DNA from: an uncultured Erysipelotrichaceae bacterium
GTDB lineage: Bacteria > Bacillota_I > Bacilli_A > Erysipelotrichales > Erysipelotrichaceae
DNA length: 32,000 nucleotides
NCBI GenBank assembly: GCA_942493105.1
Contig: OW818668.1
Span: forward strand, 1,950,001-1,982,000
Reading direction: 5' to 3'
The translations under genes and the position numbers were made by a program. Below the pieces are notes generated by a model. It was not told the origin of the DNA. It ran no database searches and saw only the letters and a list, made by a program, of their open reading frames with translations. Position 1 is the first letter of the stretch; every line of letters begins with the position of its first letter. This document shows positions 1 through 7,718 of the stretch, one piece after another.

Positions 1-326
1 AACATTGCCAGTCCGGCATTGTTGTTGACAAAGACCGCAGTTCCAATCACAAAAAACACCAAGGTTAAGCGTAATAAGCCGCTTTTTGAAGGACGAAGCA
101 CACTGGTCAACGCCATGAAAACTGGAATCATTACGATTGACGTGATCATGTTTAGGGTATCCAGATAATACAATCCCAAAAGTGGTTGAGATTGAAGCTG
201 ATGGAATCGCTCTGCTGCGGTTTTTGGTATTTCATTCATATCACCGCCCAGCATCGTCCCAATCACGATATCCGCAAGGGTCAATGCAATCACGATGATC
301 GAACAGATGGCTCCCCATCGAGTCAT
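1..326 (-). CDS. Integral membrane protein, N-terminal part only (ORF runs off the left edge of the window)
   Basis: Manual minus-strand translation from the ATG at 326..324 (MTRWGAICSIIVIALTLADIVIGTMLGG...LVFFVIGTAVFVNNNAGLAM) stays open to base 1. An AAAGGA motif lies upstream and the protein has hydrophobic helices. It is absent from the ORF track because it is truncated. Confidence 0.5.
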   Translation of the reverse strand, partial: MTRWGAICSIIVIALTLADIVIGTMLGGDMNEIPKTAAERFHQLQSQPLLGLYYLDTLNMITSIVMIPVFMALTSVLRPSKSGLLRLTLVFFVIGTAVFVNNNAGLAM

Positions 327-348
327 GTTTCTACTAATCCTTTGTTGT

Positions 349-849
349 TCACCCATTTTGAAGCTCCTTTTTTATCGATAGATTGCGTGTCTTGATATAC
401 ACAAGGATCCCAATCACAAGCATGATCAGTTCTAGGGCTGTCGCAATCAGCATGCCTGAATTGAGTTGGATCGCATTGAAATCAAAACCGATCTTCGCAT
501 ACAGACCCAAACCCACCAGTGGTGTTTTCCCAAACGCCAAGGGCAGATTGTCCCAGACGATAAAATCCAAGACCCAGTGACTCAAGACAACAGCCCCCAT
601 CACTAAGCCTTCCGCTTTGCTTTTCATCAGCACTGCGGTAAGCAGTCCCGCGCAGATCGTATACACCAAAGCCATCAGTAGACTGTGAGAAAACGGATTA
701 TTGCCGAAACTTTCAATTCCCAGCACTAGCAACACTAAATAAACCAAATCGATCAGATAAGATCCGACAAGTAGCCCCATAAGCGGGATCTTCGTTTTCA
801 ACTTTCCTTTGGATACAAATCCGATCGCAAGATGTCCTGTCGGTGACAT
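349..849 (-). CDS. Small polytopic membrane protein, resembles membrane-bound metal-dependent hydrolases (DUF457/YdjM-like)
   Basis: 166-aa ORF with AGGAGGAAACC directly before the ATG. It has several hydrophobic helices with conserved-looking His residues (GHLAIG, FSHSL, LSHWVLD). Family assignment is from memory of motif style only. Confidence 0.55.
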   Translation of the reverse strand: MSPTGHLAIGFVSKGKLKTKIPLMGLLVGSYLIDLVYLVLLVLGIESFGNNPFSHSLLMALVYTICAGLLTAVLMKSKAEGLVMGAVVLSHWVLDFIVWDNLPLAFGKTPLVGLGLYAKIGFDFNAIQLNSGMLIATALELIMLVIGILVYIKTRNLSIKKELQNG

Positions 850-868
850 GGTTTCCTCCTTGTGGGTC

Positions 869-1711
869 TCACGTATTCACACTGATGTAGTATTCAATCA
901 ACTTTTCTTTGTTTTTCTCGACAAAGTCATGGTAGTACGCCTTGATCTTGGGCATCGGGTAGTCTTTTGGCAGATGCTTGAGTGGAATCGGTGGCTCACC
1001 GACTTCGCACACACTCCAGTAAATGGCCCCAAAATACAACAAGCGTCGTCCTAGTTCAAGCGCACTGAGACCCGATTCTCCCAGAAAGCCCACCATGTGA
1101 TCATAAAATTGATCCAGTGCTTTACGTCGTGTCTCCACATCAAACAAAGCCAGTATCTTTTTGATTAAGTCAGGGTCATCGAGTTCCGGACACTGAAACA
1201 AATAAATGTTTTTATCCACCCCAAACGCTTTCATCGAGCTCATCAGGTTCTTGGTGTCGATCCGTCCATTGATGTAGGTATTTTGAGCCAAACGTTTGAA
1301 ACCACAATTCTTGAGGGTGTCTCTGACCATGGCGCGCTCCGTTTCCGCATCCTTAGTAAATGAAAACACAGCCAACGTAAACCCTTCTTCGTTTTGACCA
1401 CGGGCCAGGGTATCCAGTCCCATTTCGAAGGTTGACGCTGCGATATGATAACGGGATTTTCCCAGCTCATCTTTGCGCTCCTGGATCGAACCCTCAGCTT
1501 TGGCTCTGGATAAGGCTGTTCGTATCGCACTATCTGAAATCCCCGCAAACTGCGCCATATCGCGGATTCCGTTAAGGGAAGGGTAAGGAACCGACTCTGG
1601 CATTTGAAGCCCTGCGCGATAAATGATGGGCGTATACAAGGCTTCTTTGGCTGCATACGGATACGCTTTTAGAAAGCTTAAACTTTGATTTGTTACAGTT
1701 ATTTCGTACAT
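869..1711 (-). CDS. PaaX-like winged-helix transcriptional regulator
   Basis: 280-aa ORF. The N-terminal segment (IRDMAQFAGISDSAIRTALSRAKAEGSIQERKDELGKSRY) looks like the PaaX N-terminal wHTH, followed by a C-terminal domain of PaaX-like length. There is no SD before the ATG, but a TTGACA...TACATT promoter-like pair lies immediately upstream. Confidence 0.5.
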   Translation of the reverse strand: MYEITVTNQSLSFLKAYPYAAKEALYTPIIYRAGLQMPESVPYPSLNGIRDMAQFAGISDSAIRTALSRAKAEGSIQERKDELGKSRYHIAASTFEMGLDTLARGQNEEGFTLAVFSFTKDAETERAMVRDTLKNCGFKRLAQNTYINGRIDTKNLMSSMKAFGVDKNIYLFQCPELDDPDLIKKILALFDVETRRKALDQFYDHMVGFLGESGLSALELGRRLLYFGAIYWSVCEVGEPPIPLKHLPKDYPMPKIKAYYHDFVEKNKEKLIEYYISVNT

Positions 1712-1761
1712 ATGTATTTAATGTAACACAAAAAAGACTATTGTCAACCCTTTTTTTACAA

Positions 1762-1796
1762 TAAAAAAACGCCTTAATCATCAATAATTAAGGCGT
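1762..1796 (-). terminator. Intrinsic terminator downstream of the 1827..2702 gene (nearly bidirectional)
   Basis: Perfect 10-bp stem ACGCCTTAAT (1769-1778) / ATTAAGGCGT (1787-1796). The A-run at 1763-1769 becomes a U-run on the minus-strand transcript. Confidence 0.65.
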
Positions 1797-1826
1797 TGTC
1801 ATTTTTTGATCAAGCCTTTCAGCCAA

Positions 1827-2702
1827 TCAGCGATCTTGGAGTGTTTCCGGCTTCTTGATTTGGGTCAACAAGCGCCATAAGGCATAAACGCCAAACAAAT
1901 CCAAGAACGCAAAGATACCGATTTCGACAAACGACGTTGTAACTCCAGCCAACATCATGTTGATCGCCATGGCGGTGATACTACTCAAAAGCGCTATGCC
2001 TTTGATGAGTATGATTGAACTTAACAGATAGCCCAACGGCCGACGCCCTGCAAGACTTAGGGCACTAATCAAGGCTGTTGGGATAATGAAACCCAGATCC
2101 AAGGCCTGTATGACAAGGGTCGTATAATGTTCCAACCCTTGCGGAGGACCTGAACTCACCCAGGTTGGAGCCAGCTTGCTTAGCCATAACAGGCCCACCA
2201 TGATGATCACAAGCCATTGAAATCCCAAAATGCTTTTGGCTTTAAAAGGCGCTTTGAAATGCGTCTTGAAGCTCGATAAATCAAAGGACGTCATCTTGAT
2301 CACAAAGGCAAAGAAACTTAAGCTCATGATCGACACATAGACGATAAACAAGTCATTATAGTTCCATAAAAACGCATAAGAGGCATAGGTATACAAAAAG
2401 TATCCCAACATCCCCGTTAAGACCAAGTCCGCTTTAAACGATTTCTTAAGGCTAAAAAATAAAGCCAAAAAAGTTACCGGGACAGCCACAAACAAGGTGA
2501 TCACATCCGACGCCAGCCCTTGAGCCACCATCGATACGGAATCGTGGGCATAGAGCCCGCTCCCATAGATGGATACTTTCTCTCCGGTCACCGCAATAAA
2601 CTCAAGTGGTACTGAACCGGTAGAAGTCAGGATACCTGCTAAAGTACACAATACAGACAAACTTAACAACACTAAAGTCAGCAATAAAACCTTACTTTTC
2701 AT
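1827..2702 (-). CDS. Polytopic membrane protein of unknown function (paralog of 2711..3574)
   Basis: Start re-assigned to ATG 2702 (MKSKVLLLTLVLL...), which is preceded by AAGGAGAACC. The track ORF extension to 2870 would overlap the upstream gene. Shared motifs with the neighbour: YAHDS, LKK, YxYASxAF, PTWxSSG, YTT, DxGxIxP. Confidence 0.7.
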   Translation of the reverse strand: MKSKVLLLTLVLLSLSVLCTLAGILTSTGSVPLEFIAVTGEKVSIYGSGLYAHDSVSMVAQGLASDVITLFVAVPVTFLALFFSLKKSFKADLVLTGMLGYFLYTYASYAFLWNYNDLFIVYVSIMSLSFFAFVIKMTSFDLSSFKTHFKAPFKAKSILGFQWLVIIMVGLLWLSKLAPTWVSSGPPQGLEHYTTLVIQALDLGFIIPTALISALSLAGRRPLGYLLSSIILIKGIALLSSITAMAINMMLAGVTTSFVEIGIFAFLDLFGVYALWRLLTQIKKPETLQDR

Positions 2703-2710
2703 GGTTCTCC

Positions 2711-3574
2711 TTATTGATTGGAATAGATTTTTGAACTGAAGTAAGCGGCAAACAGCGCCAAGACCATAAATACCCCAACTTTGATCACCAACACAGGAAT
2801 CGGGATGATGATCCCGGCCAACAATTGAAAGGCGGTCTGAATGGGCAACATCACACCCATCACAACACACAGAGTCAAGGTGATCGCAATGATCACATCG
2901 CCCAAACCATCTTGTCTCTTGATCAAATGAAGGGCAACAAAAATCATGGGACTGATCAAGCCCATATCGATCACATATGTGATTTCTGTGGTATAGGTTT
3001 CAATCAGAGCTAATGATGAACCACTGAACCAAGTCGGGATGATGTCCATCAGCCAGATCCCAAACAAGGCGATCCCGGTGATGATCAGAAAAACCCGTAA
3101 GCCTTTAACTGAAGGCGCGTGGCTGCGAAGGGCTTTCAGATCCAGACTACGAATCAGTATGATCAGCGTAAACAAGGACACTGTAAACAAGGCAATATAG
3201 ACCAGACACAACACATTGTAGGTGATCCCAAACGCAATGCTTGAAGCATAATATAAGACTGTCGCCACCAAGGAGATCAAGATCAGTTTGGATTGGTTGG
3301 TCTGCTTTTTTAGATCATGAAACAAAGCCCAAATCAGTAAAGGCAAGACTACAAACAACATCGTGGCATCACTTCCGATAAAGATCGGTGCCTTGAAGAA
3401 AGAATCATGCGCATAGATGCCAAAACCAAACATTTTGACAGTGTCCCCGTATTGATTGACCGTCGTAAAATCATAGCCTAAACGAAACGACAGCAAGCCC
3501 ACCCCCGTAATAATTACCAACAAAAAAGCAAGAACCCAGATGAGACGATGCTCGATCTTCAATGATTTATTCAT
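2711..3574 (-). CDS. Polytopic membrane protein of unknown function (paralog of 1827..2702)
   Basis: 287-aa ORF with AAGGAGGACATC before the ATG. It has multiple TM helices and is collinear in similarity to the downstream gene. Confidence 0.75.
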   Translation of the reverse strand: MNKSLKIEHRLIWVLAFLLVIITGVGLLSFRLGYDFTTVNQYGDTVKMFGFGIYAHDSFFKAPIFIGSDATMLFVVLPLLIWALFHDLKKQTNQSKLILISLVATVLYYASSIAFGITYNVLCLVYIALFTVSLFTLIILIRSLDLKALRSHAPSVKGLRVFLIITGIALFGIWLMDIIPTWFSGSSLALIETYTTEITYVIDMGLISPMIFVALHLIKRQDGLGDVIIAITLTLCVVMGVMLPIQTAFQLLAGIIIPIPVLVIKVGVFMVLALFAAYFSSKIYSNQ

Positions 3575-3619
3575 GATGTCCTCCTTGACTCAGCAATTAA
3601 AATCATACACTATTTTACT

Positions 3620-3635
3620 ATCTTGAAGTCAAGAT
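3620..3635. promoter_or_regulatory. Candidate operator palindrome in the promoter region of the paralog pair
   Basis: ATCTTGA-AG-TCAAGAT is a perfect 7-bp inverted repeat. On the minus strand it overlaps a TTGACT -35-like hexamer upstream of the 2711..3574 gene. Confidence 0.3.
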
Positions 3636-3687
3636 TGATTAAAAATCTTGTGATTTATTCTAGTTTTTTATCAAAATTGTGCTTCCA

Positions 3688-3714
3688 ATAAAAAAGGCCA
3701 TTATTTCGGCCTTT
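3688..3714 (-). terminator. Intrinsic terminator overlapping the TetR gene stop codon
   Basis: Stem AAAGGCC (3693-3699) / GGCCTTT (3708-3714), followed on the minus-strand transcript by a U-run (the A-run at 3689-3695 on plus). Confidence 0.5.
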
Positions 3715-4318
3715 CATCGGTTGGTTTATTTTTTTCGATGAAATGAGTCAGGTGCTGTTTCAACAGTCTTTCTGCCTCCTCATTGAGCTCATCATAGCGA
3801 CACATCAGTAAGAAAATCGGGGCATAAAATTCATAGGCCATGGCGCTGGGATCACTTCTTTTGAGCGCTTTGCGCTCAACCAAAAATTGAAATAAACGAG
3901 TTTGAAACTGGATCGGCTGATCAATGAACAGATCCCGATAGATCAATGAAACAGACGAGGTCCTAAACTGCTCGATGGTCAACAAACGCCGATAGCGCAG
4001 CATGATGTCATCAGACACATAGAACTTGAAATGGTCCAAGGCGATTTGCGTCAATTGATCTGCCGGGATACCATCGTAGATCTCGAAGTCCCCGCGCAGG
4101 GTCTGATCCAATTGGAGTGCTTCATAATGCTTCATCATATGGGTTTGGCACAAAGCCATGATCCCGTCAAAGATGGCTTGCTTATTCAAAAAATGATTGT
4201 AGATTGAGCTTTCCTTAATGCCAACTTGCTTGGCAATGTCTCGTATTGATACGGCATCATAGCCTTGTATGGAAAATAAAGTCAAGGCAACATCAAGGAT
4301 CTTTTCTTTGGTGGTCAT
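3701..4318 (-). CDS. TetR/AcrR family transcriptional regulator
   Basis: 205-aa ORF with a classic TetR N-terminal HTH (KEKILDVALTLFSIQGYDAVSIRDIAKQVGIKESSIYNHFLNKQAIF). Confidence 0.85.
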   Translation of the reverse strand: MTTKEKILDVALTLFSIQGYDAVSIRDIAKQVGIKESSIYNHFLNKQAIFDGIMALCQTHMMKHYEALQLDQTLRGDFEIYDGIPADQLTQIALDHFKFYVSDDIMLRYRRLLTIEQFRTSSVSLIYRDLFIDQPIQFQTRLFQFLVERKALKRSDPSAMAYEFYAPIFLLMCRYDELNEEAERLLKQHLTHFIEKNKPTDERPK

Positions 4319-4348
4319 GGTTGGTTCTCTGACTCTATTTTAACATGC

Positions 4349-5074
4349 CTAGGCAAATCGCCGCCACGGCTTTTTCCCATCCAGGAACCCCGACTCTTTC
4401 CAATAGGCATGATCGAGTTCATTCCATTCCGGATGACCTTTTTTAGAGAGACCCATGATTTTGAAAAGCAATCGGGTGATCAGTTTGGGTTGTCGCGATT
4501 GACTTAGGAGCGCTTTAGAGAGTGATCTTGCGACTGTGCTGGTTTTGCGATCGATCTGTTTCAGGATTTTTGGGGAGATATCACCATAGGAGGACGCCAT
4601 GACGGCGTGAGTAAAACTAAAGGACTGTTTGATTCCCCACCAGCGCAGGTTGGTCAAAATGGTTTTGGAAGTCGGTTTCATCCCGGCCCCAGCCCCAGTC
4701 ACCACACTAAGACCCAGTGTCCTAAACATAGAGGCTTCAGGGCGGTGAGACATCCACTGATAGCCGAAATGATCAAACAAAGCCTTCAGTTGACCCGAGA
4801 CGTCAAACGCGTAAACCGGTGATCCGATCACTATCAGATCGGCAGCTTTCATCGCTTGCCGTATTGGGTCAACGGATAAGGCATGAGGACACTTCTCTTC
4901 GCCCTTATAGATGCAGTTATAACACCCCACACAGAAATGAGGCATGTCTTTAGGCAAGAAGAATTCGGTTACGGTCTTATCGATCTTTGGATCCAGTTTA
5001 TCCAGGATCTGATGGATGATGTGGTAGGTGGAACCCTTACGCTGGGTCCCGTTAATGATCAGGATGTTCATCAT
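4349..5074 (-). CDS. Flavodoxin-like NAD(P)H-dependent FMN reductase / iron-sulfur flavoprotein family
   Basis: NILIINGTQRKGSTY is a flavodoxin-fold N-terminus, and there is a Cys cluster (CVGCYNCIYKGEEKCPH). The track start at 5083 is a TTG. ATG 5074/5071 after GAGG is more plausible. Confidence 0.7.
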   Translation of the reverse strand: MMNILIINGTQRKGSTYHIIHQILDKLDPKIDKTVTEFFLPKDMPHFCVGCYNCIYKGEEKCPHALSVDPIRQAMKAADLIVIGSPVYAFDVSGQLKALFDHFGYQWMSHRPEASMFRTLGLSVVTGAGAGMKPTSKTILTNLRWWGIKQSFSFTHAVMASSYGDISPKILKQIDRKTSTVARSLSKALLSQSRQPKLITRLLFKIMGLSKKGHPEWNELDHAYWKESGFLDGKKPWRRFA

Positions 5075-5079
5075 TGACC

Positions 5080-5448
5080 TCAAGCCAAGAAGCGAATGGC
5101 TTCCATGATAATCAGCTTCGCTACGAAAACCAATGATACAATCAGAAAGGCCTTTTGACGAAAGACTTGGTTCTTGTTTATCAGTGCAAACAACGTAAGC
5201 CCTGTCATGGCCAAGCCCAAACTACTCAACAGCTTCGCCGAAAAGCCGGTAAACGACAACACTGCAGACTCGCCAAACCCATAGCCATCACGCAGTGCAG
5301 CCAACAGGCAAATCAACAAGCCGATCACCCAAACGATCGCCAAGGAAGTACCCCATTTCTGCGGCTTTCTTTGAATCGTCAAGGCAATATAAACCACCAA
5401 CACAGCACTCAATACGATTGGACTCCAAAATAAGATTTGATTAAACAT
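5080..5448 (-). CDS. Small membrane protein (four predicted helices), first gene of the TetR-linked operon
   Basis: Start re-assigned to ATG 5448 (MFNQILFWSPIV...), preceded by GGAGGGAACG. The track start at 5460 is a TTG inside the RBS. Confidence 0.65.
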   Translation of the reverse strand: MFNQILFWSPIVLSAVLVVYIALTIQRKPQKWGTSLAIVWVIGLLICLLAALRDGYGFGESAVLSFTGFSAKLLSSLGLAMTGLTLFALINKNQVFRQKAFLIVSLVFVAKLIIMEAIRFLA

Positions 5449-5460
5449 CGTTCCCTCCAA

Positions 5461-5514
5461 ACTAACACTCGTTAGTATGACACTACTATAAACTAACAGT
5501 TGTTAGTTTGTCAA
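5461..5514 (-). promoter_or_regulatory. Promoter with two palindromic operators, probably TetR binding sites
   Basis: On the minus strand, TTGACA (5509-5514) is followed by 18 nt and then TATAGT (5485-5490). Palindrome AAACTAAC-AGTT-GTTAGTTT (5490-5509) fills the spacer. A second palindrome, ACTAAC-ACTC-GTTAGT (5461-5476), sits just downstream of -10. Confidence 0.6.
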
Positions 5515-5571
5515 GCCTTTTTTGTAAAAAAAAAACATTTTTTCATCGATGGTTCGAAATCTAATTATTAA

Positions 5572-5754
5572 TCAGGCTCGGTAGACTGAACTAACGGTGA
5601 TTCTGATTTTCGGGAGTGCCGGGTTGAAGACATTGATGATGGTCTTGTTTTTGGCTTGATCGATCAGGATGTCGACGACTTCTTTGAGATTGATTGGGCT
5701 GTTCACAAAGTGAATGTTTAAACCAAGGTTTTGACCTTGCCTTTTTCGAAGCAA
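5572..5754 (-). pseudogene. Possible 3' remnant of a truncated gene at the edge of the AT-rich block
   Basis: 60-codon ORF with a TTG start and no RBS. The frame is open a further 19 codons upstream to 5811 without any start codon. Its composition resembles the GC-richer left block. Product not recognised. Confidence 0.25.
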
Positions 5755-6002
5755 AACGACATAAATAAAAGTGGAAATGTCATTAGGAAAAGCAATAAAG
5801 AGACAGCCTACTCAAAATGAGTAAGTAGTAATAGTCAGATTATTGCTCTGAAGATGAATTTGCATAAAATACTGTTAATCATATGAAAAATGTCCGAATA
5901 ATTCGATTTTGCGGAATTATAATTTATAGCCATATATACAACGATCGAACCATCCATATTTTTGTGAATAGAAGAGATTGGGTATAAAATTGGGTACAAT
6001 TT

Positions 6003-6090
6003 GAGAAACAAATAGAAACGATTAGAAACGATTAGAAAGCATAAACCCTGATTTTATATGGATTAGAACGAGTTAGAAACGATTAGAAAC
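6003..6090 (+). repeat. Seven 10-bp phased GATTAGAAAC-type direct repeats in two clusters (4 + 3)
   Basis: Copies are GAGAAAC 6003, TAGAAAC 6013, GATTAGAAAC 6020, GATTAGAAAG 6030, then a 21-nt gap, then GATTAGAAC 6061, GAGTTAGAAAC 6070 and GATTAGAAAC 6081. The gap contains AAACCCTGAT, which is half of the T1 stem. Confidence 0.8.
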
Positions 6091-6129
6091 ATTATTGAGA
6101 GTATCTCATGTCCTCCGCCATAAGTACGT

Positions 6130-6156
6130 AAAACCCTGATAGAATCAGGGTTTTTT
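6130..6156 (+). terminator. Hairpin T1 of module A (plus-strand intrinsic terminator)
   Basis: Perfect 11-bp stem AAAACCCTGAT / ATCAGGGTTTT with an AGA loop, running into TTTTTT. Confidence 0.7.
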
Positions 6157-6225
6157 GTATGTTTACGTTTAATTTTGCGTTTAATTTTAAACTTAATCTT
6201 AAACTTAATGATTTTAAACCATAGG

Positions 6226-6250
6226 AAAACCCTTAGTTTATAAGGGTTTT
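6226..6250 (-). terminator. Hairpin T2 of module A (minus-strand terminator, nearest one downstream of the XRE gene)
   Basis: 10-bp stem AAAACCCTTA / TAAGGGTTTT with a GTTTA loop. On the minus strand the stem is followed by TTTTCC. Confidence 0.55.
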
Positions 6251-6434
6251 GACGAATATGGCGAAGGACACTTTATACTCTCTAAATCGATACAATGAAG
6301 CAAGTAATATAACTTTACTTATCAAATAGAAATCTAATTCATATCAATGAAACATAATGATAAAGTCTAATGAACTAAAAACTGATAACCAGCGAAGTCA
6401 TGTCGAAGTATGAATTTAGAATTATAGTTTATGA

Positions 6435-7352
6435 TCAGTGATTATTCAATCGATCCAAGATTATCTGTATTTCTACTTCTACATCACTGTATGTCATAAG
6501 AATACCCTGTTGATCAGTAAAAAGTACGAAATCTGTTTCAGGAATATTTCCATCCATAAGTGGGGCTGCGATATAGATCCTCACGATTTTTCTTGCCTCA
6601 TAATCAACGACCAGATTCCCAAGATTTTTCAGTGATGATGATATGTACCCCATAAGTAGTGTCCCTTTTGTGTTTATATCTCCAGAGAAATAAGTGACAG
6701 AGCCATAAAAATCAAATCCAAGTTTCTTAAGTAGAACAAAAAGCGTGTCAATCTCACCCGTTGATAAAGTCGAGTTAATCATAAGTTGACCTAAATTATG
6801 TCTTGAGAACTTCTCTGATGCTTCTGAGTTTAAGACTTTCATTTCCGCGTAATGACTTGAACCATAATATTTTCCAATAAAATCACCAGTTACATTAGCA
6901 ACGGTATACCAGTCCTCACGATCAACGGCGTCAAGGATCGTTGCATATAACTTCTTAGAGGCTTGATCTTGGTACCAGTTCAACGCTGGTTTTGCACAGA
7001 TTCCCAAGACGATGAAAACAACAAGCAGAACCTGCCATAATCGAATTGAACGATGAGACTTCCTGATGATTCTAGACTCCACTTCCTTAGAGTAATTAAG
7101 CGTATCCAAGACTGCTTCATTGACTTTCTGATCAGGTTCTTGATTTTCAGCTTTTAAAAGTTCCATGATGGAGATCTCTAGTGTTTCTGACAAACGTTCG
7201 ACGATCGCAATATCCGGGAAGTTAATCCCTCGTTCCCATTTCGAAACAGCACCATCTGAAACATGGAGTTTATACGCAAGTTGGCTTTGAGTCATTCCAA
7301 GTTCCTTACGTCTGCTTGCTATGTATTGTCCAATCAATTTACTGTTCATCAT
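6435..7352 (-). CDS. XRE-family HTH regulator with a single TM helix and a C-terminal extracytoplasmic domain
   Basis: The N-terminus (IGQYIASRRKELGMTQSQLAYKLHVSDGAVSKWERGINFPDIAIVERLSETLEISIMELL) is a Cro/C1-type HTH. A TM segment (LWQVLLVVFIVLGICAKPAL) is followed by roughly 180 aa that I do not recognise. Confidence 0.8.
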   Translation of the reverse strand: MMNSKLIGQYIASRRKELGMTQSQLAYKLHVSDGAVSKWERGINFPDIAIVERLSETLEISIMELLKAENQEPDQKVNEAVLDTLNYSKEVESRIIRKSHRSIRLWQVLLVVFIVLGICAKPALNWYQDQASKKLYATILDAVDREDWYTVANVTGDFIGKYYGSSHYAEMKVLNSEASEKFSRHNLGQLMINSTLSTGEIDTLFVLLKKLGFDFYGSVTYFSGDINTKGTLLMGYISSSLKNLGNLVVDYEARKIVRIYIAAPLMDGNIPETDFVLFTDQQGILMTYSDVEVEIQIILDRLNNH

Positions 7353-7718
7353 GATCCAACTTTCTACGACTTCATAATGAGTCCAACTTGTGTGATTTTC
7401 AATGGATTAAAAGTAGAATAGGTCTTATTTTGTAATTGATTCCAAAATTAATGATCAATTTACATGATTCTAAATTCAGTTTCTGAATATCCTCATAGAC
7501 TAGATCATCTACTGTAGTTGACTTTTGAGAAATTCATCCAGTAAAGTCGGCAGGAACTAAATAAATCCAATGAGTATACAATTGTATAAATTAACCATAG
7601 AATAATTAAATCATTATTTTTAGCTTAATACTATATCAAATCAAAGTAGTTTAATCGTTTGGTCTGCAAATTCAAAATTAATAACTTAATAAGTAATGAC
7701 TTTATGCATATTAGTCTT

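Larger units (their letters stand above)
5977..6270. repeat. Composite repeat module A (type 1)
   Basis: Order of parts: 12-bp doublet ATTGGGTATAAA/ATTGGGTACAAT (5977-6000); GATTAGAAAC repeats (6003-6090); core CTCATGTCCTCCGCCATA (6105-6122); hairpin T1 (6130-6156); doublets CGTTTAATTTT x2 (6166-6188) and AAACTTAAT x2 (6189-6212); hairpin T2 (6226-6250); GACGAATAT; inverted core TATGGCGAAGGA (6257-6268). The stretch 6105-6270 matches 9579-9742 with about a dozen mismatches by hand alignment. Confidence 0.85.

Noticed and set aside
1827-2870. The full 347-aa track ORF
   Set aside because: The first 56 codons overlap the 3' end of the upstream paralog and are not protein-like. ATG 2702, with a strong RBS and a signal/TM start, is used instead.
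186-5433. Short antisense or overlapping track ORFs: 186-395, 383-580, 809-1054, 1243-1656, 1572-1784, 2825-3013, 4607-4822, 4883-5077, 5155-5433
   Set aside because: All are shadow frames of longer, motif-supported genes on the opposite strand or in another frame. The GC-richer block inflates spurious ORF length.
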